Source: Candidatus Omnitrophota bacterium (lineage in GTDB: Bacteria > Omnitrophota > Gorgyraeia > JABMRG01). Taken from it: DNA of 64,000 nt. The position numbers and the translations under genes are program-made. Shown piece after piece: positions 1 through 11,915 of the stretch. How positions within the stretch are numbered: position 1 is the first letter of the stretch; each line of letters opens with the position of its first letter. The notes under the pieces were generated by a model, which worked only from the letters and a program-made list of their open reading frames with translations, had not been told where the DNA came from and did no database searches. Location: assembly GCA_028716165.1 (NCBI GenBank), contig JAQUQI010000002.1, forward strand, positions 10,431 through 74,430, given 5' to 3'.

Positions 1-242
1 CGGTTTCCGTAAATCCCACAGCATGTCGCGGGATATGGGCCTGTATCATCAAAAATATTGCGGCTGTATTTACAGTGAAAGGGAACGGTTTATGAAAACA
101 TGTTCCCGATAGCCGCTAAGCCGTTTCCGGCAATTTGTTTGCCGATAGGCGCTTTATCGGTATCAATGTCCGGACTTTCCGGTAATAAATCCCAAAAAAA
201 AGAAATCATAAGCCTTTAAGCCCGGCGCATTAAAACCAATAA

Positions 243-1386
243 ATGAATATAAAAACTAAACAAATATGTTTCTTGTTAATATTATGCCTTATGGCGCCGT
301 TAAACGCCTTAAGCGCCGGATTATATCGTATGCCTGATAGGATATCGGTCTGTGTGCTTAACGATGTTGACAGAATAGAGTTATCTGTAAGGGGCGGTTA
401 TAAGATCATGGAAATCTCCAGCGGAAAGATAATTGACAAGGCAGGCACATTTTTCAATAAAATTATAACGCCCGTTGCCGGCGGTATAAAATTCGGCGAT
501 AGAATTTTCAGCGCCAAGGCAATATGCCTTGTGCCTCAAAAACAACCCGCTATTTATCTGAACAGGCGTCTTTATAAAGGGAATCTTAAGATAATAAGGG
601 CAGATGCCCGCCGGCTTATGGCGATAAACGAGGTTGGCCTGGAGGATTATATTAAAGGTGTTTTATATCATGAAGTATCGCATCGCTGGCCCATGGAGGC
701 TATTAAGGCCCAGGCGGTTGTTTCAAGAACATACGCGTTGTATCAGATAGAGGAGAACCGACACAGGCACTATCACCTGCATTCTGATATAAGTTCGCAG
801 GTGTATAACGGTGTTTATGCCCAGCGCTATAGGACAAATAAGGCTGTTGATGAAACAAAAGGCATGGTTTTGATGTGGAAGAATAGGCCTTTGGCCGCAT
901 TTTTTCATGCCACATGCGGCGGGCATACCGAAAAGGCATCCAGGCTGTGGCAAATGGACGAAGCTCCACTGGCAGGGGTTGAGTGCGGGTATTGTAAAAA
1001 CTCTCCGTATTATTCATGGCTTTATGAAACGGATATTCAGGCGTTTGAAGAGATTTTGAAAGCCAAAGGATACAAGGTAAACGGCATAAGGCGCGTGTCA
1101 ACCGCGGGAAAAGACAATAACGGCAGGGTGGGCAGTATTGTAATTGAGGCAAACGATATTACTACAACTGTTACGGCAAAAGACTTGCGAAGCTTAATAG
1201 GCCCGGCGCTTATTAAGAGCACGAATTTTAATATTTTTATTGACGGGGACAAACTGCGCGTAAAAGGAAAAGGCTGGGGGCATGGAGTCGGTATGTGCCA
1301 GTGGGGCGCTTTTTCCATGGCAAAAAAGAAGAAGCCTTTTCGCGATATATTGTCTTATTATTATCCCGGCGCTAAAATAGAGGCCC

Positions 1387-1394
<8 letters not shown>
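243..1394 (+). CDS. SpoIID/LytB-family amidase-enhancer domain protein with an N-terminal signal peptide
   Basis: Hydrophobic N-terminus MNIKTKQICFLLILCLMAPLNALSAG. SpoIID-type motifs FHATCGGHTE and GHGVGMCQWGA are present. Confidence 0.8.
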
Positions 1395-3605
<2,211 letters not shown>

Positions 3606-3718
3606 TTTTTTATGTCTATTTAACCCGGAAAGCCAAGGCCGGACACGCGTAATAGGCAAAACCCTTGTCATGGCGCGTAACAATATGCCCGCAGAAAAGG
3701 GCAGAAGGAGAAAAAATA

Positions 3719-4051
3719 ATGTTTATTCAGACAGCATATGCTATGGGCCAGTCGCAGCAGACTGCCGGGGCAGACGCCCCAAATCCGTTAATAAGCCTTA
3801 TGCCGCTTATCCTTATGTTTGTGGTATTTTATTTTTTGCTTATTAGGCCGCAGCAGAAGAAACAAAAAGAACATCTGCAGATGCTTGATTCCATTAAAAA
3901 AAATGACGAGGTAATTACCACCGGAGGCATACACGGGACCGTGATTAATATTAAGGAAAAAACATATTCAATCAGGGTTGACGATAATGTGAAACTTGAG
4001 GTATCAAAGTCCGCGGTCTCAACTGTCAAGAAAAAAGTCAGCGTGGAATAA
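3719..4051 (+). CDS. yajC: Preprotein translocase subunit YajC
   Basis: Start refined to the ATG at 3719, preceded by AAGGAGA. The protein has one TM helix followed by a conserved YajC C-terminus (ITTGGIHGTVINI...). Sits upstream of secDF. Confidence 0.8.
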   Translation: MFIQTAYAMGQSQQTAGADAPNPLISLMPLILMFVVFYFLLIRPQQKKQKEHLQMLDSIKKNDEVITTGGIHGTVINIKEKTYSIRVDDNVKLEVSKSAVSTVKKKVSVE

Positions 4052-4111
4052 TTTACCGCCGCCCGGATCCGGCCTATTGCGCCCGGATTCTTAAGGCAAA
4101 AATAACGGGAG

Positions 4112-6334
4112 TTGTTTGACATGCAGAAAAACTTGAAATGGAGATTATTACTGGTTGTAGCCGTAATGGGTTTGGCGTTATGGAGCCTGTGGCCGCCGTT
4201 AAGTATCAAGGGCGCCGATGGCCGTATTGCGCGTGAGGGCAGGATAAATCTGGGTCTTGACTTGCAGGGAGGCATGCATCTTGTCCTGAAAGTGGATATA
4301 TCAAAACTTTCCGCCAAAGATGCTGAAGGCGCGCCCGAAAGAGCGTTGGAGATAATAAGGAACAGAATAGACCAGTTTGGGGTTAAAGAGGTATCAATAC
4401 AGCGGCAGGGCAAGGATGAGATAGTTATTCAATTGCCCGGCATTACCGACAGACAGCGCGCTCTGGAACTTATCGGTAAGACCGCCCTTTTGGAATTCAG
4501 GCTTGTTTCTTCTGATACCGAAAAGATTAAGTCAGCGCTCGCAGGCAATGTTCCTGACGGGTATGAACTTTTGGCCACGGAAGACGGCGAGAATGTGCTT
4601 GTAGAAAAACATGCCTCTGTCATCGGTTCAGACCTCGCCAACGCGATCGTGAATTTTGACCAGTCCGCTTTCAACCAACCCGTTGTTTCCATAAATTTTA
4701 CAAAAGACGGCGCTTCCAAGTTTGCCAATGTAACAGGCGAGAATGTCGGCAAAAGGCTTGCCATTGTCCTTGACGGCAATATTAAATCAGCACCTGTTAT
4801 AAGGGAGAGGATACCGAGCGGAGATGGTGTTATACAGGGCAGGTTTACGCCGGAAGAGGCCAATGACCTTGCGATAATTCTTCGCGCCGGAGCTCTACCC
4901 GCCCCTGTTTCCATAGAAGAAGAAAGGACCGTAGGCCCGTTATTGGGAAAAGATTCAGTCCGGTCAGGTATAAAGGCCGTAGGTATTGGAGCCCTTTTAG
5001 TTTGTATTTTTATGATATTATATTATATGCTGGCAGGCACGATTGCTGTGACCGCTCTTATCTGTAATTTATTTATTATACTGGGGGTTATGGGATACTT
5101 TCATTTTACTCTTACTTTACCCGGTATAGCAGGTCTTATATTGACTTTGGGCATGGCTGTTGACGCCAATGTATTGATCTATGAGAGAATGCGCGAGGAA
5201 TTAAAGACAGGGAAGACCATACGGGCCGCTATATCAACGGGATATAGCAAGGCCTTCAGCGCTATTATTGATTCAAACCTTACGACATTGATAGCCGCGG
5301 CGCTTTTATTCCAATTCGGCACAGGGCCCATCAGGGGATTTGCTATGACCCTTACCATAGGTATATTTGCCAGCTTATTTACCGCGCTTGTTGTTACGCG
5401 CGTTATCTTTGACCTGCTTCTGCTTTCTCCCGGTTTTAAGAAGCTCCATATGATGAATTTGATACACGATACCAAAATAGATTTTACCGGCAAGAGAAGG
5501 ATTTGCTACGGGGCGTCAATTTTACTTATTGTAATAAGCTTCGGTATTTTTACCTTCAGAGGCGAGAAAAATTACGGCGTGGATTTTTCCGGAGGCACAT
5601 TACAGCAGTTGAAGTTTGAGAAACCTGTTGATATAGCCCGGATAAGAGAATCGGTCAACAAGGCAGGCATAGGGGGCGTGAATATACAGGGCCTTGCCGG
5701 CGACCGGGAGATATTGATACGCACGGCGCAGGATTCCAGCGATGCTGTTGAATCTGCTTTGAAAGAGCCGATGAAAGATAATCAATTTGAATTTATGAGG
5801 ATAGAAAAAGTAGGCCCTTCCATAGGCAGGCTTTTACGAAAAAATGCCATTAAAGCGCTTTTGTTCGGCATGCTGGGTATTATGATATACGTAGGCCTGC
5901 GGTTTAAGCATTGGGAATACGGCCTCGCCGGCATAGTAGCGCTTTTCCATGATGTTTTTATTGTTATAGGGGCCATGGCGCTTACCGGCAGGGAATTTGA
6001 TATTACCGTGGTCGCCGCTATTTTAACTGTAGCGGGTTATTCTATCAACGATACCGTAGTTATATTTGACCGTATTCGGGAAAATATGAGGCTTATGCGC
6101 AGGATCAAATTTAGTGAGCTTATAAATTTAAGCATAAACCAGACATTGAGCAGGACCGTATTTACAACCCTTACAACCCTGTTTACGGTTATTGCCGTAT
6201 TTTTATGGGGCGGAATAGTGCTTAATAATTTCGCTTTTTGCCTGATAGTCGGTTTTATATCCGGCATATATTCAACAATTTTTATAGCAAGTCCGATGAT
6301 ACTGCTATGGCGCAGGAACAGGCAGTCTTTTTAG
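4112..6334 (+). CDS. secDF: Protein-export membrane protein SecDF (fused SecD-SecF)
   Basis: 740 aa. N-terminal TM helix, a large periplasmic domain, and two blocks of six TM helices carrying SecD/SecF signature regions (GLDLQGG, GTIAV...LTLPGIAGLILTLGMAVDANVLI). Confidence 0.9.
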   Translation: MFDMQKNLKWRLLLVVAVMGLALWSLWPPLSIKGADGRIAREGRINLGLDLQGGMHLVLKVDISKLSAKDAEGAPERALEIIRNRIDQFGVKEVSIQRQGKDEIVIQLPGITDRQRALELIGKTALLEFRLVSSDTEKIKSALAGNVPDGYELLATEDGENVLVEKHASVIGSDLANAIVNFDQSAFNQPVVSINFTKDGASKFANVTGENVGKRLAIVLDGNIKSAPVIRERIPSGDGVIQGRFTPEEANDLAIILRAGALPAPVSIEEERTVGPLLGKDSVRSGIKAVGIGALLVCIFMILYYMLAGTIAVTALICNLFIILGVMGYFHFTLTLPGIAGLILTLGMAVDANVLIYERMREELKTGKTIRAAISTGYSKAFSAIIDSNLTTLIAAALLFQFGTGPIRGFAMTLTIGIFASLFTALVVTRVIFDLLLLSPGFKKLHMMNLIHDTKIDFTGKRRICYGASILLIVISFGIFTFRGEKNYGVDFSGGTLQQLKFEKPVDIARIRESVNKAGIGGVNIQGLAGDREILIRTAQDSSDAVESALKEPMKDNQFEFMRIEKVGPSIGRLLRKNAIKALLFGMLGIMIYVGLRFKHWEYGLAGIVALFHDVFIVIGAMALTGREFDITVVAAILTVAGYSINDTVVIFDRIRENMRLMRRIKFSELINLSINQTLSRTVFTTLTTLFTVIAVFLWGGIVLNNFAFCLIVGFISGIYSTIFIASPMILLWRRNRQSF

Positions 6335-6384
6335 GCCTTGCCCGTTATTTTTAAGAAGCGTTAGATCTATTTACGGGCTTTTAT

Positions 6385-7245
6385 ATGGATATCCGTTTTA
6401 GAAAAATACGCAGCATACTTTTGGCCATATTACTGCTCAATTGGATTGTGGCGTTTATAAAAATTATCTACGGCCACGCGGTGCAGTCAATAGCCATATG
6501 CGCCGATGGGTTACACTCATTTTCAGACGGCGCTTCCAACCTGGTAGGCCTTACCGGAATATGGGTGGCTTCACGTCCCAAAGACAAAGACCATCCCTAC
6601 GGGCATAAGAAATACGAAACATTCGCCGCTATTATTATTGCCATTATTCTGTTCCTTATTTCTTATAATATTATAAGAAACGGAATAGACAGATTTCTCC
6701 ATCCCGCAGTCTCTAATATTGACATAGCAAGTTTTATTGTTATGCTTGTCACTGTTGCCGTAAACGCGGCCGTATATCTATATGAAAAGTCCCGGGCGGC
6801 GGCCCTCTCAAGCGATATATTATTGGCCGATGCCGAGCACACTAAAAGCGACATACTTGTTTCCATATCGGTCATATGCGCTCTCATTGCCGTTAAAATC
6901 GGTTTTCCGGTAATAGAACCCGTTGTTTCGGTATGCATAGCTTTAATGATAGCGTATAGCGCGGTTATCATACTGAAAGAGTCGTCCGGCGTTCTTTGCG
7001 ATAAGTCGGTTATGGATGAGGATCCGATAAGAAGCCTTGTCCTGGGATTTGATGATGTTAAGGGCTGCCATAAGATAAGGACAAGGGGCCGCAGGGATGA
7101 TGTTCACATTGACCTGCATATTGCCGTTGACGCGGATATGCCGATAGGAAAAGCGCATGACCTTAATCACAGGATAGAAGAAAAGATTAAGGCCGATATT
7201 AAAAATGTTACCGATATTGTCATACACATTGAGCCGTTTATATGA
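6385..7245 (+). CDS. Cation diffusion facilitator (CDF) family divalent-metal efflux transporter
   Basis: Six predicted TM helices with conserved H/D metal-site residues, plus a C-terminal cytoplasmic CDF domain. Confidence 0.8.
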   Translation: MDIRFRKIRSILLAILLLNWIVAFIKIIYGHAVQSIAICADGLHSFSDGASNLVGLTGIWVASRPKDKDHPYGHKKYETFAAIIIAIILFLISYNIIRNGIDRFLHPAVSNIDIASFIVMLVTVAVNAAVYLYEKSRAAALSSDILLADAEHTKSDILVSISVICALIAVKIGFPVIEPVVSVCIALMIAYSAVIILKESSGVLCDKSVMDEDPIRSLVLGFDDVKGCHKIRTRGRRDDVHIDLHIAVDADMPIGKAHDLNHRIEEKIKADIKNVTDIVIHIEPFI

Positions 7246-7296
7246 CGTGCCTTACGAAATAGGCACGCGGATATGCGCAAGGAGCCATCTGTTGCT

Positions 7297-9042
7297 ATGA
7301 AAAAAAACTGGAACATCACTTATCAGGATACCGCTCTCCAGCAATCCCTTACAAGAGATATGCCTATATCTTCTCTTATGGCACGGATACTTATAAACCG
7401 CGGCATAAGTTCGCCGCGCCAGGCCGAACTGTTTCTCAATCCGAGCCTGCTTAACCTGCATGATCCTATGCTGATGAAAGGCATGGATAGATGTGTTTTT
7501 AGGATAAGAGAAGCCCTCCGCCGCAAGGAAAAGATACTTGTTTACGGCGATTATGACGTTGACGGCATATCCGCCGCGGCCCTCATGGTCCTTGTTCTTA
7601 AGCATATCGGAGCTGATGTAGATTCCTATCTTCCAAGCAGGATTAATATAGGATACGGTTTAAATGAAAAGTCGGTACGCGTTATTCGTGACAAGAAACC
7701 TAAGCTTTTAATAACTGTTGATTGCGGTATCGGCGCCCTGGAGCAGATAGAGGAATTGAAGGGTTTGGGCATAGACGTAATAGTTACGGACCACCATACG
7801 CCCGATGAAAGGCTTCCTGCCGCCGATGCTATAATAAACCCGCTCCAAAATGGGTGCGCCTATCCTGAAAAAAACTTGTCGGGCGTCGGCATTGTTTTTA
7901 AATTGGCGTCGGCATTATTAGGCGCCGGAGATGATTGGTTGCATCAACAGCTTGATCTTGTCTGCCTGGGTACTATTGCCGATGTGGTGCCTCTTACAGG
8001 AGAGAACAGGATACTGGTAAAAAACGGCCTGGACCAGTTGGCCAACACAAAAAAATGCGGATTAAAAGCGCTTATTGAACAGTCCGGGCTAAAGGCAAGG
8101 GCCATAACATCTTATCATGTAGGTTTTATTTTGGGGCCAAGGATAAACGCCTCGGGCAGGGTCTCGGACCCCGGCGCGTCATTGGACCTTTTTCTCGCCG
8201 AAGACGCTAACCGGGCAGAAGCGCTTGCAAAAGCCCTCTGTGCCGAAAACAGGAACAGGCAGAGGATGGAAGAGTCTGTTTTAAGACAGGCGGTAACCAG
8301 GGTTGAGAACAGCATGGATTTTAAACGCCAGCGGGTTATTGTATTGGATGATGCTTCCTGGCATAGAGGGGTCATAGGTATAGTTGCCTCACGGCTGGTT
8401 GACAGGTTTTACCGGCCTGCTGTTATTATTTCTATTGACGGCGATGAAGGCCGGGGCTCGTGCCGTTCCATAAGAGGCTTTAATCTTTTTGATGCTTTGA
8501 GCGGTTGCGCCGGGCATCTGAAAAACTTTGGCGGGCACGGTTATGCCGCCGGTTTTACGATAGCAAAAGACAAGCTTGGCGAATTCAGGCGGAGCATAAA
8601 TGATATGGCAGATAAGATGCTTATGCCCCAGGATCTCGTGCCCAGCATAAAGGTGGATGCCGAGATACCTATATCGGACTTAAACCGTAAGACGCTTGAA
8701 GAACTTGACAGGCTTAATCCTTTTGGTGTCGGCAATCCTAAGCCTGTATTTGTTTCCAGACAGCTTATGATACGTAATATGCCGCAGGCCTTACGCAAGT
8801 CAACGATAAAGATGTGGGTCACCGACGGTAAGGTTACAGCCGAAGCCATTGGCTTTAATATGGCCCAGCGGGTTCCGGATCTTTTGCGCCAAAGCAAGAT
8901 AGATATTGTGTATACCTGCGAATTAGACACTTATAAAGGCATAACATCCATCAAGCTCCAGCTCAAAGATATACGCGCTCTCCCCTTGCCCCTGATTGAA
9001 GAAGCCCGGAATCTTGTCACAGATACGGTACTTTCCGCTTAA
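7297..9042 (+). CDS. recJ: Single-stranded-DNA-specific exonuclease RecJ
   Basis: DHH motifs (VYGDYDVDGISAAA, VIVTDHHTPDE), a DHHA1 region (GGHGYAAGFTI) and a C-terminal OB region. The start could be the ATG at 7273 or at 7297; I chose 7297 because of the upstream AAGGAG. Confidence 0.85.
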   Translation: MKKNWNITYQDTALQQSLTRDMPISSLMARILINRGISSPRQAELFLNPSLLNLHDPMLMKGMDRCVFRIREALRRKEKILVYGDYDVDGISAAALMVLVLKHIGADVDSYLPSRINIGYGLNEKSVRVIRDKKPKLLITVDCGIGALEQIEELKGLGIDVIVTDHHTPDERLPAADAIINPLQNGCAYPEKNLSGVGIVFKLASALLGAGDDWLHQQLDLVCLGTIADVVPLTGENRILVKNGLDQLANTKKCGLKALIEQSGLKARAITSYHVGFILGPRINASGRVSDPGASLDLFLAEDANRAEALAKALCAENRNRQRMEESVLRQAVTRVENSMDFKRQRVIVLDDASWHRGVIGIVASRLVDRFYRPAVIISIDGDEGRGSCRSIRGFNLFDALSGCAGHLKNFGGHGYAAGFTIAKDKLGEFRRSINDMADKMLMPQDLVPSIKVDAEIPISDLNRKTLEELDRLNPFGVGNPKPVFVSRQLMIRNMPQALRKSTIKMWVTDGKVTAEAIGFNMAQRVPDLLRQSKIDIVYTCELDTYKGITSIKLQLKDIRALPLPLIEEARNLVTDTVLSA

Positions 9043-9159
9043 AATTATGGCTTAAAGCCGGATTTGAAGTTTTTTAAAGGCGCGTCTTAACGATTCACAT
9101 AAGGCCTGCCGTTTTTACGGCTTTAAGGCATTTATTTTTTATTATAATTTTTATAGCTT

Positions 9160-9188
9160 TTGACAAAAGCCGCCTGTTAAGCTATTAT
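9160..9188 (+). promoter_or_regulatory. Sigma70-type promoter TTGACA-17-TATTAT upstream of otsA
   Basis: TTGACA at 9160-9165, 17-nt spacer, TATTAT at 9183-9188. The ATG is at 9211 with an AAAGGGA SD in between. Confidence 0.5.
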
Positions 9189-9210
9189 ATGAATAAAAGG
9201 GATATGTTCT

Positions 9211-10716
9211 ATGTATACAAAGAATGATCTGCAAAATGCCGTAAAACAGATATTTGCGGATAATATGCTTATTGTAGTTTCAAACCGCGAGCCTTATGTG
9301 CACAAGGTGCGCGACGGGAAGATAATCTGCGGCCAGCCTACCGGAGGAGCCGTCGCCGCCCTTGAACCTGTTATGAGCGCTTGCGGCGGCACATGGGTGG
9401 CATATGGTTCCGGTTCAGGCGATAAAAAAACGGTTGACAAAAAAGACCATGTGGCAGTTCCGCCGGGCAAGCCTTCGTATATACTAAGAAGGGTATGGTT
9501 AAGCAGAGAGGAAGAGGCGGGTTATTATTACGGTTTTTCTAACAAGGGATTGTGGCCTTTATGCCACATAGCCTATACAAGGCCTGAATTCAACGAAGAC
9601 GAATGGCGGGTATATGTTGACGTCAACAAAAAATTTTGCGATGCCGTACTGGAAGAGATCGGTGATAAAAAGGCGTTTGTATGGATACAAGATTATCACT
9701 TGACACTTTTACCTCTTATGCTCAAGCAGGCCCGGCCGGAACTGCTCGTGTCGCATTTTTGGCATATACCATGGCCCAATTCCGAGGTATTTCGTATCTG
9801 CCCAAAACAGAGGCAGATACTGGAAGGCCTTTTGGCCAATGACCTGCTGGGTTTTCATATACGTTACCACTGCGAAAATTTCTTTGATACTGTAGACAAA
9901 ATGCTTGAGGCAAGAATAGACCGTGAACGCTATTCCGTGGTATACAGGGGCCACGAGACCCTTGTCAGGGCGTTTCCTATAAGCGTTGATTTCAACGCCA
10001 TATCCGATAGATGCGGGACTTCCGATATCAAGAGACACGCCAGGCCGCTTGTGGAAGAATATAATTTAAGCGGCATAGAATTCATAATGTTCGGGCTTGA
10101 CCGTATAGATTACACGAAAGGAATCATTGAACGGATAGAGGCGGTGGATAATTTTCTTGATAAAAATCCTTCTTTCAAGGGCAGGCTGGCCTTTGTTCAG
10201 GTAGGAGATTTGAGCAGAATACATCTTCAGGCGTATAAAGATTTAAACGACAAGATAAATGCCGTTGTTGAACGCGTGAACTGGAAACATGCCAGCGAAG
10301 ATTGGGCGCCGATAGTATTGGTGAGGCGCCATCTCTCATCAGACGAGATCATGGCCTTTTACCGGCTTGCCAATATATGCGTTGTCAGTTCTCTGCATGA
10401 CGGTATGAACATTGTTGCAAAAGAATATATAGCGTCAAGGCCGGATGGAGACGGTATATTGCTCTTGAGCCAGTTTACCGGAGCCGCCAGAGAGCTTACG
10501 GATGCGGTCACCTTTAACCCCTTTGACGCCGAGTCTTTTGTTGATAATATAAAATATGCTCTGGAGATGCCTGAAAATGAAAGAAGGCGCAGGATGTCGT
10601 CTTTGCGCGAGATAGTTTCTGAAAAAAATATTTACAAATGGGCCGGAGACATGGTATCGGAATTCGTCAAAATACAGAATACCGCCGCTTTTCCGGCCGG
10701 ACATAAGATAATATAA
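9211..10716 (+). CDS. otsA: Alpha,alpha-trehalose-phosphate synthase (glycosyltransferase family 20)
   Basis: N-terminal LIVVSNREP, a WHIPWP motif, and a GT20-like C-terminal half. Followed directly by a trehalose-phosphatase gene. Confidence 0.8.
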   Translation: MYTKNDLQNAVKQIFADNMLIVVSNREPYVHKVRDGKIICGQPTGGAVAALEPVMSACGGTWVAYGSGSGDKKTVDKKDHVAVPPGKPSYILRRVWLSREEEAGYYYGFSNKGLWPLCHIAYTRPEFNEDEWRVYVDVNKKFCDAVLEEIGDKKAFVWIQDYHLTLLPLMLKQARPELLVSHFWHIPWPNSEVFRICPKQRQILEGLLANDLLGFHIRYHCENFFDTVDKMLEARIDRERYSVVYRGHETLVRAFPISVDFNAISDRCGTSDIKRHARPLVEEYNLSGIEFIMFGLDRIDYTKGIIERIEAVDNFLDKNPSFKGRLAFVQVGDLSRIHLQAYKDLNDKINAVVERVNWKHASEDWAPIVLVRRHLSSDEIMAFYRLANICVVSSLHDGMNIVAKEYIASRPDGDGILLLSQFTGAARELTDAVTFNPFDAESFVDNIKYALEMPENERRRRMSSLREIVSEKNIYKWAGDMVSEFVKIQNTAAFPAGHKII

Positions 10717-10717
10717 A

Positions 10718-11515
10718 TTGAAATACCTATTAAAGAATCAGACAGAGCTGATTTACCGCATATCAGACCCGTCTTATCTGCATATTTTTCTGGATTTTGA
10801 CGGAACGCTGGCCCCGATAACCCAAAGGCCGGAACAGGCTGTCATGCCTGATGCCGCGCGCGATATTTTGAAAACATTAGTAAAGGCTAAAGGTGTAAGG
10901 ATATCCATTGTAAGCGGCCGCGCCTTAAATCGTGTTATCAGCTTAGTTGGCATAAAGGGCATAAGCTATGCCGGCTGTCACGGCCTTGAAACGCGGCCTA
11001 TCGGCAAGCAGGTTTTTCCCACCGCCAACCGGTCCGGGGTAAGGGCCTGTATTGGTTCTATAAGACAATCGTTGACAAAGGCATTGACAGGCATTATCAA
11101 CATGGCCTCCATTGATATTGAAGACAAGGGCCTGGTACTAAGCCTTCATTACAGGAGGCTAAAACCCGCCTGCCTTAAAAAACTAAGAGAAGTATTTTTA
11201 GCTGTTTCAAAGCCTTATGTCCTTTCCGGGCAGATGCGTGTCCTGAATAATAAAAAAGTATTTGAATTAAGGCCTCTGGTAGGACGGGATAAAGGTTCGT
11301 ATTGCCTGGACGCGCTAAAGGGATACAGAAAAAAAGCACTGCCTATTTATATAGGCGATGACAAGACGGACGAGTCGGCATTTAAGGCCTTAAAGCGCGC
11401 TGGCATTACGGTATTTGTCAAGGGAGAAAGAAAAACCTCGTCCGCTGAATTTTATCTTCATTCAACGAACGAGGTGATAGATTTTTTGCGTCTTATAGCC
11501 CGCGCAAGATCTTAG
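10718..11515 (+). CDS. otsB: Trehalose-6-phosphate phosphatase (HAD superfamily)
   Basis: HAD motif I (FLDFDGTLAP) near the N-terminus and motif IV (IGDDKTDE). Appears to use a TTG start, and no clear SD is visible. Confidence 0.75.
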   Translation: MKYLLKNQTELIYRISDPSYLHIFLDFDGTLAPITQRPEQAVMPDAARDILKTLVKAKGVRISIVSGRALNRVISLVGIKGISYAGCHGLETRPIGKQVFPTANRSGVRACIGSIRQSLTKALTGIINMASIDIEDKGLVLSLHYRRLKPACLKKLREVFLAVSKPYVLSGQMRVLNNKKVFELRPLVGRDKGSYCLDALKGYRKKALPIYIGDDKTDESAFKALKRAGITVFVKGERKTSSAEFYLHSTNEVIDFLRLIARARS

Positions 11516-11742
11516 ACGGCTTTTTTTACTTTACCGGATTTAAGGCATTCTACGCAGACGAGAATAGTTTTTCTGCTTTTCCCCACAATCGCCTTAACTC
11601 TCTGAAGATTGGGGAGAAAACGGCGTTTATTTGTCCTTACGATCTTTCTGCCGACCCCGCCTTTTCTCTTTGCCATACCGCGCCGGGTTATAGTCCTGCC
11701 CGAACTCGGCCCTTTTCCGCATATTGAACATACCTTTGACAT
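11512..11742 (-). CDS. rpmB: 50S ribosomal protein L28
   Basis: 76 aa basic protein (MSKVCSICGKGP...KRRFLPNLQ), typical of L28. A GGAGG SD sits 10 nt upstream. Divergent from recG, a common arrangement. Confidence 0.8.
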   Translation of the reverse strand: MSKVCSICGKGPSSGRTITRRGMAKRKGGVGRKIVRTNKRRFLPNLQRVKAIVGKSRKTILVCVECLKSGKVKKAV

Positions 11743-11915
11743 TTTTTAGATACCTCCTTGAGAATTCCTTTAATAGTGTGATATAATATCATACTATTAA
11801 TGTTAAGGCAAGGCTTATTTTTAACGCCTGCCATAGCGCCACTACAAAAACTGATTGCTAAAAATATAAGCGTATACCGGCGCAAACGGTTTTAAAAAAC
11901 TTATAACTTTTTGCC

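Noticed and set aside
7247-7266. Hairpin gtgcct-tacgaaat-aggcac after the CDF transporter gene
   Set aside because: A 6-bp stem with no downstream U-tract. Unlikely to be an intrinsic terminator.
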